Source: Pseudomonadota bacterium | GTDB taxonomy: Bacteria > Pseudomonadota > Gammaproteobacteria > Burkholderiales > Burkholderiaceae_C | NCBI GenBank assembly: GCA_030538605.1 | Contig: JAUNTQ010000007.1 | Location: forward strand, 10,259-74,258 | Direction: 5' to 3' | DNA: 64,000 nucleotides | Shown here: in pieces, positions 55,252-64,000 of the stretch | How positions within the stretch are numbered: position 1 is the stretch's first letter | How the letters are laid out: the number at the start of each line of letters is the position of its first letter | Program-made: the position numbers and the translations under genes | The notes under the pieces: generated by a model | Told to the model about the DNA's origin: nothing | The model's database searches: none | What the model saw: only the letters and a program-made list of their open reading frames with translations

Positions 55252-56598
55252 ATGTCCACCGTTTTCAACTTCACCTTCGTGCCCTGGTTTCGCTCGGTGG
55301 CGCCCTACATCCACATGCACCGGGGCAAGACCTTCGTCATCGGGCTGACGGGCGAAGCCATTGCGGCGGGCAAGCTGGCCAACATCGCCACCGATCTGGC
55401 GCTGATCCAGAGCATGGGCGTGAAGATCGTGCTGGTGCACGGCTTTCGCCCGCAGGTCAACGAGCAACTGCGCGCCAAGGGACACGAGCCGCAGTATTCG
55501 CACGGCCAGCGCATCACCGACGAATTGGCGCTGGACTGTGCGCAAGAGGCGGCGGGGCAGCTGCGCTTCGAGATCGAAGCGGCCTTCAGCCAGGGCCTGC
55601 CCAACACGCCGATGGCCGGTGCCACGGTGCGAGTGATATCGGGCAACTTCATCACCGCGCGGCCCATGGGCATCATCGACGGGGTGGACTTCAAGAGCAC
55701 CGGCGTGGTACGCAAGGTGGACGTGGCGGGCATCACGCGCAGCCTCGAAGCGGGCGCGCTGGCGCTGGTGTCGCCCTTCGGCTTTTCGCCCACGGGCGAG
55801 GCGTTCAATCTGGCGATGGAAGAAACCGCCACGTCGGTGGCCATTGCGCTGCAGGCCGACAAGCTGCTCTTTCTGACCGAAAAGCCCGGCCTGCGCGTGC
55901 GCCCCACCGAACCCGAAGCCGAAGACAACCCCATCGACACCGAGATCCCCCTGGCCGAGGCGCGCCGCCTGCTCGCCAGCCTGCCGCTGCCCGAAAAGCC
56001 GATGGACGTGGGCTTTTACCTGCGCCACTGCGTCACCGCGTGCGAGCACGGCGTGGAGCGCAGCCACATCCTGCCCTATGCGGTGGACGGCGCGCTGCTG
56101 CTGGAGGTGTACGTACACGACGGCATCGGCACCATGGTGGTCGATGAAAAGCTGGAGAACCTGCGCGAAGCCACGCACGACGACGTGGGCGGCATATTGC
56201 AGCTCATCGAGCCGTTCGAGCAGGACGGCACGCTGGTCAAGCGCAGCCGCACAGAGATAGAGCGCGACATCAGCGCCTACTCCATCGTCGAGCACGACGG
56301 CGTGATCTTCGCCTGCGCCGCGCTCTACCCCTACCCCGAAGCGCACACGGGCGAGATGGCCGCCGTCACCGTCTCGCCGCAAAGCCAGGGCCAGGGCGAC
56401 GGCGAGAAGCTGCTCAAACGCATCGAGCAGCGCGCGCGCGGCATGGGCCTGAAGAGCATCTTCGTGCTGACCACGCGCACCATGCACTGGTTCATCAAGC
56501 GCGGCTTTGAAGTGGTCAACCCCGAATGGCTGCCCGAGGCGCGCAAGAAAAAATACAACTGGGACCGCAAGAGCCAGGTGCTGGTGAAAAAGTTGTAG
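55252..56598 (+). CDS. argA: Amino-acid N-acetyltransferase (N-acetylglutamate synthase)
   Basis: N-terminal amino-acid-kinase domain plus C-terminal GNAT. Confidence 0.85.
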   Translation: MSTVFNFTFVPWFRSVAPYIHMHRGKTFVIGLTGEAIAAGKLANIATDLALIQSMGVKIVLVHGFRPQVNEQLRAKGHEPQYSHGQRITDELALDCAQEAAGQLRFEIEAAFSQGLPNTPMAGATVRVISGNFITARPMGIIDGVDFKSTGVVRKVDVAGITRSLEAGALALVSPFGFSPTGEAFNLAMEETATSVAIALQADKLLFLTEKPGLRVRPTEPEAEDNPIDTEIPLAEARRLLASLPLPEKPMDVGFYLRHCVTACEHGVERSHILPYAVDGALLLEVYVHDGIGTMVVDEKLENLREATHDDVGGILQLIEPFEQDGTLVKRSRTEIERDISAYSIVEHDGVIFACAALYPYPEAHTGEMAAVTVSPQSQGQGDGEKLLKRIEQRARGMGLKSIFVLTTRTMHWFIKRGFEVVNPEWLPEARKKKYNWDRKSQVLVKKL

Positions 56599-56695
56599 CC
56601 CTCGCCGTCACCTGCGTTGGTTTTTCTCCTACGGCCCGCCTGCCGCCGCCTGCCTACAGTGTCGCCATGGATGCAACAGCACAAGGTGAAAGCAC

Positions 56696-56941
56696 ATGGA
56701 AATCGTCTGGTTCCTGATCGTCGGCCTGGTGGCCGGGTGGCTGGCCGGCATGCTGGTCAAAGGCGGTGGCTACGGCCTGGTGGGCGACATGGCGGTCGGC
56801 ATCCTGGGGGCGCTGCTGGGCGGCTTTCTGTTCGGCTCGCTCGGCGGGGCGCTGGGCGGCGGGCTGCTGGGCAGCATTCTGGTGGCCACGCTGGGCGCGA
56901 TCATCCTGATCGTCATCCTCAGGGTGATCAAGAGGGTGTGA
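56696..56941 (+). CDS. GlsB/YeaQ/YmgE-family (transglycosylase-associated) membrane protein
   Basis: 81 aa, Gly-zipper TM helices, MEIVWFLIVGLVAGWLAG. Confidence 0.7.
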   Translation: MEIVWFLIVGLVAGWLAGMLVKGGGYGLVGDMAVGILGALLGGFLFGSLGGALGGGLLGSILVATLGAIILIVILRVIKRV

Positions 56942-56961
56942 ACGCCACGCCCGCACACATG

Positions 56962-56997
56962 AAAAAGCGGCCTGGATAGTCCAGGCCGCTTTTTTCG
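56962..56997. terminator. Bidirectional rho-independent terminator
   Basis: AAAAAGCGGCCTGGATAGTCCAGGCCGCTTTTTT between convergent genes. Confidence 0.85.
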
Positions 56998-57016
56998 TTT
57001 TGTGACTGCAACCGGG

Positions 57017-57541
57017 TTACGAAGGCATCACACCACCCGCGCGCCGGGGCAGCTTGAGCAGCACGGCCAGGATCACGGCGCCGAAGATCACGAACCACAG
57101 CAGCGACCAGTTGGCGATGCTGCCACCGAGAAAAGTCCAGTCCACCTCCGAACAGTCGCCCGCGCCACGAAAGATCATGGGAATGGCACGTTGCAGCGGG
57201 AACGACTCGATCATGCCGAACAGGTCACGCCCGCAGGTGGCGAACTCGGGCGGGTTGAGCTGCAACCAGCTCTGGCGCGCGGCGGTGAACGCGCCAAAAC
57301 CCGCCATGCCCACCCCCAGCAGCCCCCACAGCCGCCAGCCTGCGGGCGATGAGGAAAAAGCCGCCAGCGCGGCAAACACGCCCACCAGAATCAGCGCATA
57401 GCGCTGCACGATGCACATCGGGCACGGCTCAAGCCCCACCACGTTTTGCAGATACAGAATGCCAAAGGCCAGCATGGCCGCGCACATCAGCGCAATGGCC
57501 GCGAACACGCGGCGGGGACGGGAAAACAGTTGCTTGAGCAT
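57017..57541 (-). CDS. dsbB: Disulfide bond formation protein B
   Basis: CPMCIVQRY and CSEVDW cysteine pairs in a 4-TM protein. Confidence 0.75.
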   Translation of the reverse strand: MLKQLFSRPRRVFAAIALMCAAMLAFGILYLQNVVGLEPCPMCIVQRYALILVGVFAALAAFSSSPAGWRLWGLLGVGMAGFGAFTAARQSWLQLNPPEFATCGRDLFGMIESFPLQRAIPMIFRGAGDCSEVDWTFLGGSIANWSLLWFVIFGAVILAVLLKLPRRAGGVMPS

Positions 57542-57684
57542 GGTGAAAGGCAGAAAAAACGCGCCGGCCACGAAGCTGGCCGGCGCAGACAGCGCTAGAT
57601 CAACCCGCAGGTCGGCAGGTTCCCGGCAAGGCGGCCAAGTATGGTCAATTCCACAAATAAGCCAATGGACGTTCGGGCTATTGG

Positions 57685-57786
57685 CCCCTTCCCCCCGCTG
57701 GGGGGAGGCTGGGATGGGGGCTGACCACATTCGTACATCCACCGTGGTTGGCCCCCACCCCAGCCCTCCCCCAGCGGGGGAGGGAG
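57685..57786. repeat. GC-rich ~35-bp imperfect inverted repeat around a 28-nt loop
   Basis: CCCTTCCCCCCGCTGGGGGGAGGCTGGGATGGGGGC ... GGCCCCCACCCCAGCCCTCCCCCAGCGGGGGAGGGAG, ending 5 nt before the stop of the FMN reductase gene. Confidence 0.55.
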
Positions 57787-57791
57787 CAAGA

Positions 57792-58337
57792 TCAGCCGGT
57801 CTGCTTGACCCAGGCAATGAAGGCATCGACGAACTTCTGCACGAAATCCTTGCTGTTCGGGCCGATGGAGCCGCTCTCCACCAGCCCCTCCTTCCAGTGG
57901 ATGAACATCTCGTGGCCGCTCAGCGTGGGCATGGCCAGGTAGGCCAGCACGTTGCGCAGGTGCTGCTGCGCCAGCGCCGCGCCAATCGGGCCGACCGACA
58001 CGCCGCACACCGCCGCCGGCTTGCCCGCCCACACACTCTTGCCCCAGGGGCGCGAGGCGTGGTCGATGGCGTTCTTCAGCGCGCCGGGGAAAGAGCGGTT
58101 GTACTCGGGCGTGACGAACAGCACGCCATCGGCGGCCTGGATGGCCTCGCGCAGGCGCGTAACGGCGGGCGTGGGGCTGCCGTCGTCGTCCTGGTTATAG
58201 AGCGGCAAGTCGTCGATGCGGATGAACTCGGCTTTCACGTCGGCCGGAAACTGCCTGACCAGCGCCTCGGCAAACTGGCGGTTGAACGATTCCTTGCGGA
58301 TGCTGCCGACGACGATGGCGATGGTGGTTTGGCTCAT
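57792..58337 (-). CDS. NADPH-dependent FMN reductase (ChrR/SsuE-like)
   Basis: IAIVVGSIRKESFNRQ...FVTPEYNRSFPGALKNAID flavodoxin-like motifs; GGAGAG RBS. Confidence 0.8.
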   Translation of the reverse strand: MSQTTIAIVVGSIRKESFNRQFAEALVRQFPADVKAEFIRIDDLPLYNQDDDGSPTPAVTRLREAIQAADGVLFVTPEYNRSFPGALKNAIDHASRPWGKSVWAGKPAAVCGVSVGPIGAALAQQHLRNVLAYLAMPTLSGHEMFIHWKEGLVESGSIGPNSKDFVQKFVDAFIAWVKQTG

Positions 58338-58393
58338 GGGCGACTCTCCTGGTTGACGGGGTTGAAAGGGAAAAAGCAAAGGCCAAGCTTGCC

Positions 58394-59329
58394 ATGCGGA
58401 CAAGCCAACAGGGCGCGCACCAGATAATCCGGCCCATGCCCCCTGCCCTGCCGCCCGATGATGCCCCACCCGATGCCGCGCCCGATGCCGCACCCAAGCG
58501 CCAGCGCCACATCCAGTCCATCGAAGTGGGCATGCGCGTGCTGGACGCGCTCGCCGCGCAGGCGCGCCCGCTGCCGCTGAAGGCACTGGCCCAGCTGGCC
58601 GACATGCCGCCGGGCAAGGCGCACCCGTATCTGGTCAGCTTCATGAACGTGGGGCTGGTGCGGCAAAACGCGCTCACCGGCCTGTACGAGCTGGGGCCCG
58701 GCGCACTGCGGCTGGGTCTGGCCGCCTTGCAGCGGCTCGACCCGCTCACCGAAGCCAGCGCCGACGCCGCCCAGCTGGCCGTGCAGTCGGGCCTCTCGGT
58801 GGCACTGGTGGTGCGCGGCAACCTGGGCCCCACCGTGGTGCGGCTGGACGAGCCGCACTACCCCCTGCACATGAACCTGCGCGTGGGCACGGTGATGTCG
58901 ATGCTGGGCACGGTGACGGGCCGGGTCTTCGCCGCGCACCTGCCAGGCAAGATGGTGCGCACCCTGATTGCCGACGAGCACGACCGCGTGGTGGGCGCAC
59001 GCGCTGGCGCGCACCCGGCCAGCGCACCGGGCCTGGGCGCGGGCACCGACGTGGCGCGGCTGGACAGCGAGGAAATGCAGCAAACCCTGGCCCACATCCG
59101 CGCCACCGGCATGGGCCGCGGCGTGGGCATGCCGCAGCCGGGCGTGAACACCTTGTGCGCCCCCATCTTCGGTGCCGACGGCCAGATGATGCTGGCCATG
59201 ACCCTGGTCGGCCCGCAAGGCGTGTTCGGCGCCGAGCCCGACAGCGCCGTGGCCCGCCTGCTGCGCACGCATGCGCAGGCGGTGTCGGCGCGTCTGGGAC
59301 ATACGCCTCAGGAGATGAAAAAAGAATAG
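58394..59329 (+). CDS. IclR-family transcriptional regulator
   Basis: N-terminal wHTH (SIEVGMRVLDALA) plus C-terminal effector domain; the start may be at 58436. Confidence 0.75.
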   Translation: MRTSQQGAHQIIRPMPPALPPDDAPPDAAPDAAPKRQRHIQSIEVGMRVLDALAAQARPLPLKALAQLADMPPGKAHPYLVSFMNVGLVRQNALTGLYELGPGALRLGLAALQRLDPLTEASADAAQLAVQSGLSVALVVRGNLGPTVVRLDEPHYPLHMNLRVGTVMSMLGTVTGRVFAAHLPGKMVRTLIADEHDRVVGARAGAHPASAPGLGAGTDVARLDSEEMQQTLAHIRATGMGRGVGMPQPGVNTLCAPIFGADGQMMLAMTLVGPQGVFGAEPDSAVARLLRTHAQAVSARLGHTPQEMKKE

Positions 59330-59413
59330 CTTCTTGCGTACGTTATTAGACATTTTCATATGCTTTTGTATATGAATTTGTTTTATATCATACGCAAACA
59401 GCTCACTTTTTTT
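59326..59413. repeat. Palindromic AT-loop element copy 4
   Basis: ATAGCTTCTTGCGTACG ... CATACGCAAACAGCT with an AT-rich loop, A-run upstream, T7 downstream; at the stop codon of the IclR gene. Confidence 0.6.
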
Positions 59414-59874
59414 CACTTTGAGGGGAGATGGGGACGTCGCTGGCCGGGATGTGCGCCCGGCGGCGCAGTCACTTTCTTTTGCGCCGCCAGAAGAAAGTAA
59501 CCCAAGAAAAGGCGGTCCCACTGGCCGTGTCCCTGCGCTTCGCTACGGGCAAGCTGCGATGCTCGGTCGTGGGGCGGCGCTGCAGAACTCGCTTCGTTCA
59601 CTGCGTTCTCTCCGCTCAAACAACTGCAGCGAGCCAGAGCACGAAGCCAGGCATGCTTCGCTGCCCGGTCCGCCCCACGCCCTGCGCTTCTCGGCACGGC
59701 CAGAGGGGTGTCCAAGCCCACACAGGCCATTGCTTCGCTCGGCCTGCGGTTTTGCTCCCTCTCCCTGAAGGGAGAGGGCGGGGGTGAAGGCAACCCACCT
59801 TCGCATTGCCCTGCGGCGGGCATGCCTTCCACATCGGCAGCCATGCCATCAGGCACCGAGGCTGAAAACACGCC

Positions 59875-61719
59875 TCACGAAAAAAACCGCCGCCCCACGA
59901 TGCGTTTGACGAAGCGCAGTTTCTGTCCCAGCGGAAAGCCGTTGAAGTTGGTCTGCGTCACGCCCAGGGTGAAGGCGGTGGGCTTGCTGTAGTCGATGGC
60001 CACGTCGACGATCACTGGCCGGCCTTGTGCGGCCAGCTCGCGTGCCTGCGCGATGGCGGTGGGCGCGCTGGCGTTGTCGGGCAGCGCGACGAAGGCCGCG
60101 CCCGTGGCCTGTGCGACGCCGGCCAGGTCGATGGACTGATTCAACTCGGTGCAGGTCAGGCGCTGGTAGGGGCGCTGCTGCGCCTGCGCGATTTGCGACA
60201 GCGCGCCGTCCTTGAACACGTAGAACACCACACCCAGCCCGTGGGCGCTGGCCGTCATGATTTCCATGCAGGTCATGGCAAAGCAGCCGTCGCCCACGAT
60301 CACGGCCACCTCCTTGTCGGGTGCGGCCAGTTTGGCCCCGATGCCGGCGGGCACCGCGTAGCCCATGGCGTTGAAGTCGGTCGGCGTGATGAGCTGCGCG
60401 CCCTGCGGCTGCGGATACAGCTCGGCGGCCAGGAAGGTGTGGTTGCCGTCGTCCAGCACGGTGATGCTGGCGGCGGGCATCTGCGCGCGCAGCGCGGTGA
60501 AGAAGTGCGCGGGGTTGACGCGGGCGGGCAGGCGCTGCGCATCGGCTGTTGACTGCACGTGAACGACGGACGACTCGCCCGCCTCGGCCAGGGCCGCCTT
60601 GGGCGCGTGGCTCAGCCATTCCTGCATGTAGGCGGCCTTGTCGCGCGCGATCTGCTGCTTCAAGGCGTTGTCGGCCTCTGGCGCAGGCTGATCCAGCGCC
60701 AGGCGCTTCAATTCAGATAGCAAACCCGACAGCACCGCGCCCGCATCACCCTCGATGGCCACGCGCGCCGGGTGGTTGGCGTTGAACACGCTGGGGTCGA
60801 TGTCCACATGCACCAGGTTGGCGGGCACCACGGCACCAAAGCTGCCGGTGGGGATTTCGGAAAAGCGCGTGCCCACGGCCAGCATGGCATCGACGCCCTT
60901 GAAGGCGTGGCGCGCCGCCGGCACCGCCGCGCGGCTGAAGCCAAAGCCCGCGTGCAGCGGGTGGTCGGCCGGAAACACCGCCAGCCCTTGCAGCGTGGTG
61001 CTGACGGGGGCGTTCAGCAGCTCGGCCAGCGCAATCAGCTCGGCCTGCGCGTGGCGCGCGCCCCAGCCCGCGAAGATGCCCACGCGCCTGGCGCGTGCCA
61101 GCAACTCGGCCGCCTGCGCAATGGCCGCCGCGTCGGGCGCGGGCGGCGCGGGTGCCTGCCAGGCGGGCGGCGCGCCCACGCTGGCGGAAAACAGTTGCAG
61201 GTTGACCGGAATCTCCACCAGCACCGGCCCCGGAAAGCCGCTGGTGGCGATGTCGTAAGCCTTGTAAATGGTGGGCACCACCTCGTCGTGGCTGGTCACC
61301 CGAAACGCCGCCTTGGTGAAACCCCTGGCCACTTCCAACTGATCGACCCCGTGCAGCTTGTAGCGCTGCGGCGTGTCGGTGCGCACGCCGCCGGTGATGA
61401 CGAGCATGGGCACGCCGCCCAGAAACGCCTCGCCAATGCCGCTGGCCGCGTGCGTCAGCCCGGCGGCCGGCACGATCACCAGCGTGCCGATGGCCCTGGC
61501 CGCGCCTTGCGCACGCGCGCCGCCCCAGTGAATGCGGCTGAACGCATCGGCCATGAAGGCGCCGCCGCCCTCGTGCGTGACCAGCAGCGGCGTGATCTGC
61601 GCTGAGTTGGCCAGCTCGTCATACAGCTCGGTGTTGTGCACCCCGGGAATGCCGAAGGTGTGCGTGATGCCAAGCTGCTCCAGCGCATGCACGGCGAGTT
61701 GGGCGGCGGTTTTTTTCAT
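59875..61719 (-). CDS. Thiamine-pyrophosphate enzyme (acetolactate synthase large-subunit-like)
   Basis: 614 aa, TPP-binding GDGCFAM... and N-terminal Pyr domain. Confidence 0.8.
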   Translation of the reverse strand: MKKTAAQLAVHALEQLGITHTFGIPGVHNTELYDELANSAQITPLLVTHEGGGAFMADAFSRIHWGGARAQGAARAIGTLVIVPAAGLTHAASGIGEAFLGGVPMLVITGGVRTDTPQRYKLHGVDQLEVARGFTKAAFRVTSHDEVVPTIYKAYDIATSGFPGPVLVEIPVNLQLFSASVGAPPAWQAPAPPAPDAAAIAQAAELLARARRVGIFAGWGARHAQAELIALAELLNAPVSTTLQGLAVFPADHPLHAGFGFSRAAVPAARHAFKGVDAMLAVGTRFSEIPTGSFGAVVPANLVHVDIDPSVFNANHPARVAIEGDAGAVLSGLLSELKRLALDQPAPEADNALKQQIARDKAAYMQEWLSHAPKAALAEAGESSVVHVQSTADAQRLPARVNPAHFFTALRAQMPAASITVLDDGNHTFLAAELYPQPQGAQLITPTDFNAMGYAVPAGIGAKLAAPDKEVAVIVGDGCFAMTCMEIMTASAHGLGVVFYVFKDGALSQIAQAQQRPYQRLTCTELNQSIDLAGVAQATGAAFVALPDNASAPTAIAQARELAAQGRPVIVDVAIDYSKPTAFTLGVTQTNFNGFPLGQKLRFVKRIVGRRFFS

Positions 61720-61773
61720 GGGCTTTCAGAAAGTCCGTTGAACATGCGGCGAGCACCGTGGTGAACTTGTCCG

Positions 61774-62979
61774 TCAGGCGCTCACCAGCGACGCCTTTTG
61801 AGGGTCATAGCGCAAACCGGTGATGGAGCCATCGCGAATGCGTTGCACGGCCTCGTCAATCACGTGCAGCGGCACCAAGAACCACTCCCTTGGCCGCACC
61901 GGCTGGCCGAATCGGTCGTGAAGGGTCAAGTCAAGCTGTGCCGGAGCAAACAGGCGATGGAACAGGTTCTCCAGTTTCACGCGGTGGATGCCGGCCAGCT
62001 TATAGGTGGCGACCACCTCGACCTCTGCCAGCAGATACGTCGCGTCGTGCGTGGCCTGGCCAATGCGTGCTTGCACCTTGTCGCCCGTTACGCCGATCTT
62101 GTGAATCAGTTCGCGGTGCTCGGCCACCACGGGGTGGGTGGACTTGCTGCGCAGCACGTAAATGGTGCCGCTCTCCAGATCATCGTCTGCCCAGGCATCG
62201 CCAAACAGCGGCCCAGCTCCCGGCTCGCTCAAGCGGCGGCCCGCTTCATCCTTGTACAGCGCGCGCTGCAATGAGCGTCGCAACAGGTTGCTTTGTGTGC
62301 CGTTGGCATAAATCAGTCGCAGGCGGGCGTCGTTTTCGCCATTGGGCGCCTTGATGATCTCGCCCACCTCGGCCACATACACCATTTGCCCAGACAGTAT
62401 GAAGAAGTTGCCCTGCTCCACGCTGGCGTCCTTGGCAAAGCGGCGCGCCTGACGCACACCCGCCTTCAACTCGCGCTCGGCCTGCTCGAACAAGGGTTGA
62501 AACTGGTCGAAATCCGGGCAAGCATCACGCGCAGCAATTTCCTCGGCGGCACGAATGTCAGCCCGCGAACGCACATGGCGCAGCACCTGAATCTCGGCGC
62601 TGTCATCGACAGCCACGCCCCCCAGTTGTGCCAGCAAGGCGTCGTCATCCACTGCCTGTGCCTGCATTGGCGGCTGCCCGCCCAGCGCTCCCGCCAGCAG
62701 GCCCTGCGTATCCAGCGGCTCAAGCAAAGCCACGCAATCGGGCTGCGCGCGCAACTGCTCCAGCCGCACGGCATACAGGCGCTCGAAAATATCCAAGCCT
62801 TCGCCGTGGCGCGGCGCATGGCCGTGCTCGGCCACGAAGCGCTGGATATCTTCAAACCCCGCCAGCACGCGCTCTTGCCGCGCGGTGTAGCGCGATGGCG
62901 TTGCGCTCTCAACGTCGATGCCCAATGCGTCCAGCAGCGCGTCGTCGTCATCGGTGAACCGGGGGGCCTTACTCGCCAC
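61774..62979 (-). CDS. T5orf172 (GIY-YIG-like) domain protein, helicase-associated
   Basis: GTIYVLRSKS...IHKIGVTGDKVQARI T5orf172/MUG113-like core; 11-bp overlap with the upstream helicase gene. Confidence 0.55.
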   Translation of the reverse strand: MASKAPRFTDDDDALLDALGIDVESATPSRYTARQERVLAGFEDIQRFVAEHGHAPRHGEGLDIFERLYAVRLEQLRAQPDCVALLEPLDTQGLLAGALGGQPPMQAQAVDDDALLAQLGGVAVDDSAEIQVLRHVRSRADIRAAEEIAARDACPDFDQFQPLFEQAERELKAGVRQARRFAKDASVEQGNFFILSGQMVYVAEVGEIIKAPNGENDARLRLIYANGTQSNLLRRSLQRALYKDEAGRRLSEPGAGPLFGDAWADDDLESGTIYVLRSKSTHPVVAEHRELIHKIGVTGDKVQARIGQATHDATYLLAEVEVVATYKLAGIHRVKLENLFHRLFAPAQLDLTLHDRFGQPVRPREWFLVPLHVIDEAVQRIRDGSITGLRYDPQKASLVSA

Positions 62980-64000
62980 GCGCGGCCTCCGTTCGCATGC
63001 GCTTGAGAAAGGCCACCCCTTCTGCCATGCGCCGCTCCCAGGGGTCTGACGCCGTCAATTCAGGCAAGCGATTGCGCTCATTCTTGAATTGCAGGGCACG
63101 CTTGGCCAAGTCACGCGCCTCATCTGGCGTCAGCGCGATTTTCTTGGCCATGATGGCTGCGGCCACGGCTTTCAAACTGGCTGGCGTCATGGCCTTGGAC
63201 AGAATGGCATAGGCCGCTCCAAACGGGTTGATGCGGTCGATCAAGTCAATGTCCAGCTCGCGCACGTCCATCATGAACTTGCGCACACCATCGACGAAGG
63301 CGGTGTTCATCAATGGCGGCTCCACCGCACCGTTGCCCACGCCCCCTGCGCCGCCTGCGCCGCCTTGGGTCAGGGTCTTGGCCTTTTGCACCAGATTCAG
63401 CGCCGCCACCGCGTGCTGGCGCACGGCCTCCTGATCCGCCTCATCAAGTTCGGGGTATTTTTCCTTCACGATCTTGCCCATGCGCAACTGGGTCAACTCC
63501 TCAGGCACCATTTCGGTATCGAACAAGCCGCGCTCCAGTGCCGTTTTGTCCTGCACGAAGCTGGCAATTACCTCATTCAAGTCCTCGCGGCAAATGCGGC
63601 TGGCCTCGGTGCTCTGCGGCTCTTTCAAACCGGCAATTTCGATCTGGATGTGCCCCGTATCTGCGTTGTAGCCCGCGTTGCAGCGGCTGGCGTCGTAGCC
63701 TGATTCGCCATAGTCAAACCCCGTCTGCCGCACGCTGTCAGGGTGTTTGGGCCGAAATTCAAAGCGCGGCGCCAGCACCTGCTCCATCAGCAAGCTGGCG
63801 GCAATCGCCTTCAGGGTGTCGTTCACCGCCTCGGTCACCAGTTGCGAGTCGGCGTCTGGCTCGGCAATCAGGTTGGTGAAGCGCGCGCGCAGCTTGCCCG
63901 GCGCATCGCGCGTGGCACGGCCAATGATCTGCACGATCTCGGTCAGGCTGCTGCGGTAGCCCACCGTCAGGGCGTGTTCGCACCAGATCCAGTCAAAACC
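62969..64000 (-). CDS. C-terminal portion of an SF2 helicase (type III restriction res-like); gene continues beyond the window edge
   Basis: Helicase motif VI QIIGRATR; the in-frame ORF has no stop before position 64000. Confidence 0.55.
   Translation of the reverse strand, partial: GFDWIWCEHALTVGYRSSLTEIVQIIGRATRDAPGKLRARFTNLIAEPDADSQLVTEAVNDTLKAIAASLLMEQVLAPRFEFRPKHPDSVRQTGFDYGESGYDASRCNAGYNADTGHIQIEIAGLKEPQSTEASRICREDLNEVIASFVQDKTALERGLFDTEMVPEELTQLRMGKIVKEKYPELDEADQEAVRQHAVAALNLVQKAKTLTQGGAGGAGGVGNGAVEPPLMNTAFVDGVRKFMMDVRELDIDLIDRINPFGAAYAILSKAMTPASLKAVAAAIMAKKIALTPDEARDLAKRALQFKNERNRLPELTASDPWERRMAEGVAFLKRMRTEAARGE

Noticed and set aside
57595-58032. 145-aa minus-strand ORF overlapping the GC-rich inverted repeat
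   Set aside because: The translation is Gly/Arg-rich low complexity caused by the repeat itself. It overlaps the well-supported FMN reductase gene in another frame.

Overview
This is a high-GC (about 65-70%) betaproteobacterial chromosome segment, plausibly Comamonadaceae-like, though the taxon is inferred. Three blocks stand out.

1. 1-9156 (+ strand) and 27775-34353 (- strand) form two convergent halves of an aryl-polyene/xanthomonadin-type type II PKS-like lipid cluster. The genes are an AMP-ligase, FabZ-like dehydratases, LpxL- and PlsC-type acyltransferases, a LolA-like carrier, an MMPL exporter, a FAD halogenase-like oxidoreductase, a GT2 glycosyltransferase, FabG, a KS/CLF pair, a methyltransferase and a NodB deacetylase.

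2. An 18.4-kb type III-B (Cmr) CRISPR-Cas island (9169-27556) splits this cluster and is flanked by 147-bp perfect direct repeats. It encodes cmr1, cas10, cmr3-6, cas6, Csx1 (CARF-HEPN), a second CARF protein, cas2-cas1-cas2 and a 29-repeat array. Its unusual feature is a Schlafen-like AlbA_2/HATPase_c_4 gene translationally coupled between cas10 and cmr3.

3. Downstream lie a chromate transporter; a yejBEF-like ABC operon interrupted by two PIN/antitoxin pairs, a CoA-transferase and a Gly-rich IPTL-CTERM protein; a form-II coxSLM-DEG/xdhC/mocA cluster; argA; dsbB; regulators; a TPP enzyme; and a T5orf172 nuclease next to a partial helicase.

Several families of repeated palindromic elements are also present. 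Many antisense ORFs in the six-frame track are GC-bias artefacts.
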